The notes under the pieces: generated by a model
What the model was told of the DNA's origin: nothing
Databases searched by the model: none
What the model saw: the letters and a program-made list of their open reading frames with translations, nothing else
Shown here: positions 51,843-62,932 of the stretch, piece by piece
Position numbering within the stretch: the first letter of the stretch is position 1
Layout of the letters: every line of letters starts with the position of its first letter
Assembly (NCBI RefSeq): GCF_001194135.2
Contig: NC_068996.1
Location: 39,385,988-39,449,225 of the forward strand
Reading direction: 5' to 3'
From: Octopus bimaculoides
Taxonomy: Eukaryota
DNA: 63,238 bases
Position numbers and translations under genes: made by a program

Positions 51843-53068
51843 GCTGCTCAATCTGTAGAAAAGGCATAGATTAAAACTCCATAAGATGCACCCGGTGTAA
51901 GCTTTGGACACATAAAAAGGTGTAGCAATAGTAGAGGAAGGTTAACAGGGAAAATAGCTTCTGTATGTGGAAGATGCACAGGTACAATTAAAGCTGAAAA
52001 TGGGCAGAAAATAGACATCATCAACTGCCAGGTGGGGTAAGCTAGAGGCAGTAGATAGCTTCTGTTATCAAGGTGACCAAGTTAATAAATAGCTCTGAGA
52101 GTGTAGCTATGAGAATAAGATTAGGCTGGGCAAAGTTCAGAGAGCTTCTACCTCTGCTGGCAACAAAGGGCCGCTTTTTCAGAGTGAAAGGTAGAGTGTA
52201 TGATACCTGTGTGTGAACAGCTATGTTGCATAGCAGTGAAACATGGGCTGTGACAGCCGAGGACATGTGTAGGTTTAAAAGAAACAAAGTCAGTATGCTT
52301 TGCTGGATGTGCAATGTCAGTGTGTATGTTTGACAGAGTGTAAGTTAGTCATAAGAGGCATTAGATGTGGTGTGCAAGAGAGACGGCTGCACTAGTATGG
52401 TCATGTGATGCATATGAATGAGGCCAACTGTGTAAAGAAGTGTTGATCTCTGACTGTGAAGGGAACCTGTGGTAGAGGTAGACCCAGGAAGATATGAAAT
52501 GAGTTGTTGAAGCATGATCTTTGAACTTTGAGCTTCACCGAGGCAATGACTAGCGACCGAGACCTTTGGCAATATGCTGTGCTTAAGAAGACCAGTCAAG
52601 CCAAGTGAAATCGTAGTTGTGACTGATGCTGGTGTCATGTAACTGGCACCCATGCTGGTAGTACGTAAAGAGCACCTTTTGAGCATTGGGCATCATGGAG
52701 GCAAAGTGTCTGAGTTCCTTTCAAGCACTGGGCCTCACAGAGGCGAGTTCCTTTTGAGTGCTGGGCCTCATGGAGGCAATGACCAAGATCTTTGGCATTA
52801 TTTCATGCTTGAGAAGAAGACCTATCAACCTGAGCAAAATCACAGTCATGGCAGATACTGGTGTCACGGAAGTGGCACCCATATCAGTGGCACATGAAAG
52901 CACCCATTACACTCTTGGGCATCCTGCCATAAAAAGGCATCCAGCCATAGAAACCATGCCAAATCTGACAGGAGTCTGGTACAGCCTTCCAGCTTACCAG
53001 CCCTGGTCAAACCGTCTAACCCATGCCAGCATGGACAACAGACGTTAAATGATGATGATGATGATGAT
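51843..53068 (+). mobile_element. 5'-truncated RTE LINE: PHD-like finger, RT end, C-terminal domain, UTR and (GAT)n tail
   Basis: CSIC..CTRCKLWTH..C..CGRC..LEAVDSFCY.GD..LHSSETW..GRGRPRK with stops and frameshifts. Confidence 0.9.
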
Positions 53069-53477
53069 ATATACATATCAATATATTGTCTTTATTCAAA
53101 AAATTTATATCTTTGAATTTCTGTGAGTCTAATAAATATTAGAAGTGGTAACAAGACACTTGAGCATTGGAGTACCAACTGATCAAAGACAGAAAGATTT
53201 GAAATAAATGCAGTTGATGCAAGAGTCCAGTTAATTAATACAGCTTTTAGTCTATAGAATGTTGATGACATATTAACCAACAGAGTTTATTGATTATGCA
53301 AATGTGATGAATTGGTTAACATGCAGAAAGTAAAGCTGCTTAAAGTCATGATCAGAATATTTACATATAAAAGTTCAAATGCCTTATCTAAAAGGTACAC
53401 TAAGTATCTAAGTTGTTTCTATTGTTCTTGTTGTTCTTCTTCTTTAAACCTAGCTCAGCCTATCATTTTGCATATAC

Positions 53478-53639
53478 AGGCGCAGGAGTGACTGTGTGGT
53501 AAGGAGCTTGCTTCCCAACCACATGGTTCCAGGTTCGATCCCACTGCATGACACCTTGGGCAAATGTCTTTTACAATAGCCTCAGGTTGACAAAAGCCTT
53601 GTGAGTGAATTTGGTAGACGGAAACTGAAAGAAGCCTCT

Positions 53640-53691
<52 letters not shown>

Positions 53692-53909
53692 AAGGCGAGC
53701 TGGCAGAAACGTTAGCATGCCAGGCGATAATGCTTACCGCTATTCCGTCTGCAGTTATGTTCTGAGTTCAAATTCTGCCGAGGTCGACTTTGCCTTTCAT
53801 TCTTTCAAGGTTGATTAAATAAGTACCAGTTATGCACTGGGGTTGATGTAATTGACTTACTCCCTTGTTTGTCCTCTCTTTGTTTAGCCCCTCGTGGGCA
53901 ATAAAGAAA
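53478..53909 (+). mobile_element. SINE B 5' half joined at its (TA)n tract to a full SINE A
   Basis: Family B head to ~53640, (TA)n, then aaggcgagctggcag... from ~53692. Confidence 0.85.
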
Positions 53910-54034
53910 TATATATATGTGTGTGTGTGTGTGTATATGTATATGGATATATATATATATGAAATGTATATGTATTTGCATATATGTAAACATATATATA
54001 TATATATATGTATATATATACAACAAGAAATAAT

Positions 54035-54660
54035 ATTTGTCTCTTATTACAGAAACAAAAGGGTTTATAGGATTGCAAAAGAAGTGCTCAAATATAAATG
54101 AAACAAAGATAAAGAAGCATTGGTTATAGAACAAACATTAAACTTAGGTCAAGGACTTCACATATAACACCACCCCTCAAACATTTGATCATATATAAAA
54201 ATCACCATGGTCTACAAACACATAAAAAATGATTCATATACATAAAATCACTGAAGGGAAAAAATATAAATATTCTAATAAAATACAAATAGAACGGCTT
54301 AACAAAAGTTAAATATAATGACTAAAAATTCAAAACTACCAAAAAGCCTAATGGACTAATATAAAATAAATAAAGATAAAAATAAAAAATAATAAAGTAT
54401 AAGCTCTTCATAAAAGTTTTGATCTGTGCATGTTTCATGTTTATCCTGATGAGGGGGTCATCACTGTGATGCAGTTTAATGTAAACGAACTGCGGTGGTG
54501 AGCTCTCGAAAAAGCCATAGATATATGTGAATGTTGAATTTGATCGTACTTTGAACGTACTTATGTGAGGAGAGTAAAAGACTTTTTTCAAGATGTGGAA
54601 GTCTGCTTACATATTAACTTTGGATGTACCTGTTTGAGGGAAGTAAAAGACTTTTTCAAA
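54035..54660 (+). mobile_element. Penelope-like element 3' end (GIY-YIG C-terminus, UTR, hammerhead)
   Basis: RIAKEVLKYK*NKDKEALVIEQTLNLGQGLHI resembles the PLE endonuclease end (ILAKE..KRK.KEA..I....LN...GL); HHR core downstream. Confidence 0.65.
54434..54531 (+). ncRNA. Type-I hammerhead-like motif with a long helix II
   Basis: Helix I ttcatgtttatc/gatatatgtgaa; CUGAUGA 54446-54452; ~19-bp interrupted helix II; GAAA 54508-54511; helix III degenerate. Confidence 0.65.
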
Positions 54661-54742
54661 TATTAAAAAAGAAAGATTTTTAAAATATATTTTTAAAAAT
54701 ATTTCAATTGTATGATAAAATCTTTTTAGTCTGTGGACACTA

Positions 54743-55027
54743 ATTTTATTTTATTTTTATCTTTATTTATTTTATATTCGTCCAGTAGGCTTTCATAGTT
54801 TTGAATTATTAGTTGTTATATTTAACTTTTGATAAGCCGCTCTATTTGTATTTTGTTAGAATATATATATTTTTACATTCTGCGATTTTATGTATAAGTA
54901 TTATTTTTTAAATGTGTTTGTAGACCATGATGTTTTTTTATATATGATTAAATGTTTGAGGGGTGATATTATATGTGAAGTAGTTGACCCAAATTTAATG
55001 TTTGTTCTATAACCAATGCTTCTTTAT
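54743..55027 (-). repeat. Inverted copy of 54109-54392
   Basis: For example aaagaagcattggttatagaacaaacattaaa versus tttaatgttttgttctataaccaatgcttcttt. Confidence 0.9.
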
Positions 55028-55050
55028 GTATATGNNNNNNNNNNNNNNNN

Positions 55051-55095
<45 letters not shown>

Positions 55096-55533
55096 ACGTA
55101 CATACAGATAGATAGATGTGTGTATATATATATGTATGTATGTATTTATGTGTCTGTATTTGTCCCCCGCCCCAACCATCGCTTGACAACCGATGATTGT
55201 TGTGTTTACGTCCCCGTAACATAGCGGTTCGGCGAAAGAGACCTATAGAATAAGTACTAGGCTTACAAAGAATAAGTCCTGGGGTCGATTTGTTCGACAA
55301 AAGGGGGTGCTCCAGCATGGCTGCAGTTAAATGACTGAAACAAGTATAAGAATAAAAGAATATAAGTGACCACATCATTCAATGTATTTTTTCCTATGTT
55401 ATGGCATTAGGACTGTGATTTATGGTGGAGCAGGGTGAGGCAGAGCAAGGCAGGGAATTTGGCTACTTCTTCTAGCATATTGAGTAGTATAAGAGGCTCC
55501 TGTCTTAGCTCAGTAATATTTTTTTTTTGCTAG

Positions 55534-56076
55534 CCCTTTAGCACTTAATTTACTTAATGCTTATTTATCGACTTAATGTTTTAAATTGTTCATGCATTAT
55601 CTCATAGCTTTGAGATTTCAATAATATAATTGTTTATTCTTAGATTGACATTGTAGGATAAGTGTGAGAGGCCACACATAAAACAGGTGAAATATTTTGA
55701 CTGGATATAGCTAGCTTAACCCTTTAGCATTCAGATTACTCAAAACTTTGAGATTTCAATAATGTAATTGTTTATTTTCAGAATGACATTGTAGAGTAGG
55801 TGTGAGAGGCTGGATCTGGCGTTTTTGAACATAAAACAGAATATTTGGGGTTGGGCATGGTTAGATTAACCCTTTAACATGCCAAATGTAACGCTTATTT
55901 ATTCACATTGTTTTGAATTAATCATGCATTATCTCATAGCTTTTAAGATTTCAATAATGTAATTGTTTATTTTCAGAACGACATTGTAGGGTAGGTGTGA
56001 GACCAGATCTGGATAGTTTGAACATAAAACAGGTAGAATATTTGATCCAGATATAGCTAGTTTAAATGCTAAAGGG
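55534..56076. mobile_element. Head-to-tail trimer of piggyBac MITE family I
   Basis: Units 55534-55715, 55720-55865 and 55870-56076 separated by TTAA; only the last has a full right TIR, followed by TTAA. Confidence 0.85.
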
Positions 56077-56615
56077 TTAAAGAAGAAAGACTATATGACA
56101 AGTTAGTTACATTTTAATATACTATCTCACCATATTGTTTTACTTCAATTGATGTTTATAGTTTCATGTTGCAGAACATAAAACAGCCTGCTTCAGCAAT
56201 GTTTCTGATATGGAGATGTTTAATCAGATTCTAGCTGTGTAAATAATATATTTGATGCAACAAACAATGAAATGCTGTTTGCAGCTGTTTATTTTTAAGA
56301 CGAATAAAAGGGAATAAAACAAAAAAGGGGAAAAACATTTCAAATACGAGTGAAAGAGGACTTGACTTTCACTGCCAGTGAAATGTCTGTTGGTGGTGAA
56401 TATTCCATGTTTTATAAAAATTACTAATGCCTGATTAATTGTAAGATCACAGAAGAGATACTAAATTAAATGCTTGCAGGATCAGTAAGATATGTGAAAT
56501 TGCAATTAATTAAGCAGAACTGGATATAATCATGTGCAAAAAAAAAAAAGAAGAAAAAACAGACAAAAACAAATTAAAAAACAAAGAAACAAGTAATTAA
56601 AATTATAGTCATTTG

Positions 56616-56657
<42 letters not shown>

Positions 56658-56705
56658 TGTATTGTTTAAATAATTTACATTTAAGTGTTTAGATATTTCA
56701 AGAGA

Positions 56706-57035
56706 CATCATCATCATTGTTTAACATCTGCCTTCCATGCTGGTGTGGGTTTGATGCTTTGACAGGAGCTGGCCAGGCAGAAATTTGCAGCAGACTTCTG
56801 TGTCTGCTTTGGCATAGTTTTTACAGTTGGGTGGCCTTTTTAACACCAACCACCCTGCAAAGTGAACTCAGTGTTTTTTATGTGGCACCAGCACAGGTGA
56901 GGTCAGTTTTGGTAGGGTTTTTACAGCTGGGTGCCATTTCTAGCACCATCCATCCTGCAAAGTGGACTGAGTGCTTTTTATGTAGCACCAGCACCAGCAG
57001 GGTCACCAAAGTAACTTGCAAGACAAGGAATCATT
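56706..57035 (-). mobile_element. Diverged RTE 3' end
   Basis: catcatcatcattgtttaacatctgccttccatgctgg... Confidence 0.75.
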
Positions 57036-57131
57036 GAGAGGGAGGAGGCTGTGAAATGTTAGAGTGTGACACAGAGACAGAGAAGCAGAAACAGGTATAT
57101 TGCTATGGAGAAGGTACATGGTTAACTGGCC

Positions 57132-57132
<1 letters not shown>

Positions 57133-57220
<88 letters not shown>
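57133..57220. repeat. (GA)n microsatellite
   Basis: Directly visible. Confidence 0.98.
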
Positions 57221-57222
<2 letters not shown>

Positions 57223-57569
57223 AGAGAGTTATTGTTGTTGTCACTATTCTGTTATCATACAGCATTTGTTACTGGTGGTGTTATACAGGTGCCACCTCTC
57301 CACAGTCAGTGGGCTGAGGTGGCACCTTCAATTGCCAAGCATTTCTCTAAGTATTCTGATAACAATAATAAGTGCTTTCTACTTGGAGAGCATCTATTCA
57401 AGGTTGACTTTGCCTTTCATCCTTTCTGGGCGATAAAATAAATATCAGTTGAATATTGGGATCAAAGTAATCAACTTACCCCACTCCTCCGAAATTGCTG
57501 GCCTTGTGCCAAAATTTGAAACCATTATTATTATTATTAATATTATTATTATTAATATTATTATTATTA

Positions 57570-58090
57570 TTGAGTGAGAGAGCAGTGCATGCCATGAAAG
57601 TGACACTGGGGTACAAATATACGACTACTCGTCAGATAAGAGTACACCAGGCACATGCATCACAATAGATGCGCGACATGGTGATCTCATATCAAGATAA
57701 ACAGCACATAACTGATGGGGCTCAGAATTTTCTTCAGGTCGAGTAGCCCATCCTGCTCAAAAGGTCCCTGAATAAGGTTTGTTTAAGGATGTTGAACAAA
57801 GCACCCATGTTTCCAGAGGTGAATTATTCAAACCCCAAAGAATTCCTCTGAACACATGGCTATGATTCTCCCCCACTACTTCTGCTCGTGATCAGAGATG
57901 CACATATCGTCAGCCATCAAGGGACATGCTTAACTGGTTAAGGTCAAACAACTGACAAGCAAATCTGTGGTATTGAGCAGAATATTTGATGTAGCCCATC
58001 TTTTATACCAAGACAAAACAATGTACATAACACTACCAATCAGTTAAGATCAAAAGCCATGAGAGCTACTGCTTGGTACTGCATCAGGGC
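57570..58090 (-). repeat. Unclassified interspersed repeat G (~520 bp) between (AAT)n tracts
   Basis: Partial second copy at 18105-18278; bounded by gccctgatgcag and ctctctcactca-(ATA)n. Confidence 0.65.
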
Positions 58091-58140
58091 AATTATTATT
58101 ATTATCATTATTATTATTATTATTATTATTACTACTTTTA

Positions 58141-58172
<32 letters not shown>

Positions 58173-58914
58173 TTTATTATCATCATCATCATCATCATCA
58201 TTATTATTATTATTACTGCTATCGTTATTACTTATTGTTTGCTTCTTAATCTTTTGGGGCAATAAAATGAGTACCAGTTGAACACCAGGGCTGATGTAAC
58301 CAACTGAATCCTTCTTTTAAGATTGCTGGCCTTGCGCCAAAATTTGAAACTGCTGTTGTTATCATTATTATTATCATCATCATTATTATTATCACTGTTG
58401 TTATTATTATTATTGGTGTTGTTGTTGTTCTTATTATACTCTTTGCCATTAATTTTCCTTTGGTTTCACGATAAGATCAACTGATTGTCTTGATTCTATT
58501 GAGACAATCAATAGATGCTAATGAATGCATATTATGAGCCAGCAGTAAATAAATATATACTATTGTCGCTGTCTTTCATCAGTAATGTGCGTTGTTTGTA
58601 ATGTGTTCCATTTGAAATACGTTTTCTTCTTCTTCTTCTTCCCTCACCCCACCGCTACCGTTATGTGTTACAAGCAATCTGTGCCACCATTAATGTATGG
58701 TGTAACGTACTGTTATATATTACTGGTAAAATATTTTTGGTTAAAATAAGCTGCATAACCCTCAAAGACACATCGCCAGTAAACTTAGATGTGTTTTTCA
58801 TAAGACACGACAATGGAGGCAATCAATATACACTGCATTTACAGCTTTTATAAACAACAGGGATTTATGGTCATTCAGTTGCTGCTTTGTTGGATACAAT
58901 GACTTGGGTTCCAT

Positions 58915-59508
58915 TACATCCAATCAATGGACTAACCTGCTCATGAAATTAATGTGCAAGTGGCTGTGTACGCCATAGATATAAGTGTACCCTCGTTGTA
59001 GTTCTCAGGGAGATTCAGCATGACTGAGAATGTGACAAGGCTGGTCCTTTGAAATACAGGTACAAATAATTTTTTGCCAGCTGAGTAGACAGGAACAACG
59101 TGAAGTGAAGTGTCTTGCTCAAGGATACAATGTGTTGCCAAGTATCAAATTCAGGACCTAACAACCATGAGCCAAATGCCCTAACCATTAAGCCATGCAT
59201 CTTCACAAAGAGGGTTCCAGTTGATCCAATTGACCAAACAGCCTGCTTGTGAAATTAATGTGCAAGCGGCTGAGTACTCCACAGACACGTGTACCTTTAA
59301 CGTAGTCCTCAGGGAGATTCAGCATGACGTAGAGTGTGACAAGGCTGGCCCTTTAAATTACAGATACTACACATTTTTGCCAGTTGAGCGAACTGGAACA
59401 TATGAAATAAAGTGTCTTGCTCAAAGACGGAATGCACTACTGAGTATCAAACTCACAAACTTACAGTCATGAACCGAATGCCCAAACCACTAAGCCATGC
59501 AACTTCAC
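58915..59508 (-). mobile_element. Tandem dimer of SINE family H
   Basis: Units ~58915-59207 and ~59210-59508, each with a tRNA head (gtgaag..atggcttagtgg) at the right end. Confidence 0.88.
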
Positions 59509-60099
59509 AGTATCTAACAGTAAATATCTTAACATAGTATCAAAGCAGCAATCAACAATCCCAGTTCATAGTTCTCTGATAAAAATCCTTATAGGCTACC
59601 ACCTAAGCATCATCATCTCTCTCAACATCACTTCAAATTTAGACACTAGCAGTTATCTTCCATTTTAAAAACTTAATGAGTAATTGATATCATCAACACT
59701 GGCTCGAGCTATTCACCTTCTGTCATTAAGAATTTATTCAAAAACATCTGAATATGCTTATCAGGTATCGTTTTAGAATGAAGCTTCATACAATAGCATA
59801 ATATTCTGTAATTATTTTTTTTTCTCTTTTAATGTTTGGTGATGCAAACAAAAAACAAAAAAAAACAGAACTCAAAACATAAGTGTCTATACACACACAC
59901 ACACACACACACACACATTAATATTTAGCAGAACCAATATGCCGAGAGTTTCATACATTAACACTTATCAAACTAGTTATACATACATACATACATACAT
60001 ATATATATGTACATGTGTGTGCAAACAGGCAAAATAGAACTCAAAACACGAGTGTATGTATATACTCTATACGTTTCTTTTTCATTCTCTTTCTCTATT

Positions 60100-60485
60100 T
60101 ATTTCCTCTTATTCTTTTCTGTCAAAGAGCATAGGCTCGAAACGTAAAAGACTTTTCCATTTTTCCCGAGCATCAAACTAATACACCTGCTTGTTGTTCC
60201 TTCACCTGTCTTCATCTTTTGTTTTTCTATATATTTGAACTATATATATATATTATTATCATTGACCGTTGACTGAACACTATTCAATTTTTTTTTCTCC
60301 ATCAATTTTTTTTCTCAATCAATTTTTTTTCTCCGTGTTTTTCTCCTTGTCTCCGTATTCTTTCTGTTGAAGAGCGTAGCTCGAAACGTCAAAGACTTTC
60401 CGTATTCCTGAGCGTCATACTAATACATCCTTTTGTTATTTACCCCACCTGTCCTCGTCTGTTGTTGTTTTTTCGTATATTCTCC
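60100..60485 (+). mobile_element. Two tandem diverged units of a hammerhead-bearing (PLE-terminus-like) repeat
   Basis: tctttctgttgaagagcgtagctcgaaacgtcaaagac and ttttctgtcaaagagcataggctcgaaacgtaaaagac; a tail fragment also occurs at ~24322-24383. Confidence 0.75.
60359..60395 (+). ncRNA. Minimal type-I hammerhead variant (U at position 6)
   Basis: Helix I tcttt/aaaga; CUGUUGA plus extra A; helix II gagc/gctc; GAAA; ACGU palindrome; GUC site at 60388-60390. Confidence 0.65.
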
Positions 60486-60597
60486 AATATATATATATAT
60501 ATATACGTATATATATGTGTGTGTGTGTGTGTGTGTATGTGTATATGTATATATATATATATCAAATGGATGTGTTATAAAACTATTTCACACTTAC

Positions 60598-60708
60598 AAT
60601 AACAGCCATACCAACAATCCAACATACTTCCATCATCAGCTGCCCTACGGATATCACAATGGTTTCGACACCAGGGCAGTACCATTCAATCCGGCGGTGT
60701 CAACAGCA
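60598..60708 (-). other. Candidate 111-nt exon (possible start exon: MMEVCWIVGMAVI)
   Basis: Acceptor ttattttAG (60709-60710), donor GTAAGT (from 60597); every frame has a stop; ATG at 60636 is open to the donor. Confidence 0.3.
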
Positions 60709-61101
60709 CTAAAATAAGTGTTGTTTGGGAACAAACATACCTTAGATATCACCACATTCATTCAATCTTCATTCTAGGAAGGATTAAACACTAACATTAT
60801 TAATTAAACTACAACAAAGAAACACATTTACCCTATGTACAAAAATAGTATCTGTAAATAAATTCAATAAGTAAACCTATAGCTAACTCCTAAATTATCT
60901 AACTAAATAACAGATTAGCTCTTGAACTCCATGCAGATAATATTCCTACTAGTCTTCCATAGTTATTAATATAAAAGTGAAAGCTTTTATATTCTATTCA
61001 CTTCAAAACAAAACAAACTTGATTGAACTTAACTAATAATATAACTAATTCTGAGTGATTTACACTATTTCATAATCCAAAAGTTAATAATCAAAACACT
61101 C

Positions 61102-61400
61102 ATCATCATCGTCGTTTAACGTCTGCTTTCCATGCTAGCATGGGTTGGACGATTTAACTGAGGACTGGTGAAACCAGATGGCTACACCTGGCTCCAATCT
61201 GATTTGGCAGAGTTTCTACAGCTGGATGCCCTTCCTAACGCCAACCACTCTGAGAGTGTACTGGGTGCTTTTACGTGCCACCCGCACGAGGGCCAGTCAG
61301 GAGGTACTGGCAACGGCCACGCTCGAAATGGTGTATTTTACATGCCACCTGCACAGGAGCCAGTCCAGCGGCACTGGCAACGATCTCGCTCTCATTACCC
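61102..61400 (-). mobile_element. Young RTE 3' end
   Basis: Closely matches 15988-16280. Confidence 0.9.
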
Positions 61401-61906
61401 TTACATGCTTTAATGTTAAACTTATACCAGTAACTCAGTAAATAATACTAAAATATCCTTATAAATAGGAACTAATAAAAGAATACCTGTAATTAACAAT
61501 TATTTGAGAAACCTTGTTACGATTAAAGCTAAATATATAACCTGTTGTTTACTGCTCAACTTAGGCATTTTCAATTTCCACAATTTTTTATTTTCACTCC
61601 ACCCTAATATTCATATTGTTTGCTGTATTCTGTGTATCTCATAACAGTGCAAGTATAATGTATTATACATTTTGATTTCTGTAGCATTTGTAAGGAATTG
61701 GGCAACAAGAGTAACTCTCAAGGAATTGCTGAGACATTGGTGTTGATCTGTCAGTCAAAGAGGCTTTGAGTCTTTTGAAGATGATAGAGAATGCAACACG
61801 TTCTATGAATGTTGACCGTTCAGTCTCTTTCAGTTACATAAGGAAAAGGAAAAAAAAAACTCACTGATTTCTCACCACTAAGTAATCCAATGCAAAATGA
61901 CATGTT

Positions 61907-61940
<34 letters not shown>

Positions 61941-62692
61941 GAGACATACATGCATGCACACTCACATACACACACACAGATGCACACAAGTGTACATATA
62001 CACTCACATACACACATGCATGCATACACACATGCGTGCACATATACACAAACACATATGCACACATGCACATATATGCAAACACAATGCACACACACGT
62101 GCGCACATGCACGTGCACACACACATGCACGCATATGCACGCACATGCACGCACACACACACACAAATATGCCTTTTTCTTTTTTTTCCAAAGTATTTTT
62201 CTTTCTTCCAGTTATTAAATCTGTGGTTAAAATGAGCAGCAGAAACCAAAGAAAAGCTAATCAGTTGAGAGAAGTAATTCAAGTTTGGTTTCTATACCTG
62301 CTGTACATGACAGTCAAGCTATTTCACTCTTTGTTTCATTGATTCTTTGGTTAAACATTGTATGGCTGATGAATCAACGAACCATGGCAGTTTCAAGGCA
62401 AATCTGAAAGTGAAACAAAATATTCAGATAACTTCAAAACTGGAATATTTTAAATCACCAAAGTGCAAGTTTCAAAATAATCCAATGAACACAACTATTT
62501 TCTCTGCACAAAATGCAACCAGTTGTTGTACATACTGAAGTGTGACTGTGTGGTTGAGAGAGAAAGCTTGTTTTCCAGCTGTATGGTCTTGCTTTCAGTT
62601 GCACTGTGCAACACCTTCAGCAAGTGTTCTCAGGCTGATTGAAATTTGTGGGTGGACTTGGGGTAGACACAAGGAAACCAAAAAGAAGCCTG

Positions 62693-62729
<37 letters not shown>

Positions 62730-62742
62730 AAAACAAACTACT

Positions 62743-62930
62743 TGGAGGCAAGGATGTGTAGTAAGAAGTTTGCTTCCCAACCATATGGCCTTAGGTTCAG
62801 TCTCACTGTGTGATACCTTGAGCAAGTGTCTACTACTATAGCCACGGGCCGACCAAACCTTTGTCAGAAAATTTCTAAGTGGATTTGGAACACAGAAACT
62901 GAAAGAAGACTGTCATAGATATATACACAT
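62743..62930 (+). mobile_element. SINE B 5' half
   Basis: Head and core end in the TA-rich centre, where the RTE begins. Confidence 0.8.
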
Positions 62931-62932
62931 AT

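Noticed and set aside
58030-58070. Slight resemblance to U2 snRNA (taagatcaa)
   Set aside because: Match too short; lies inside interspersed repeat G.
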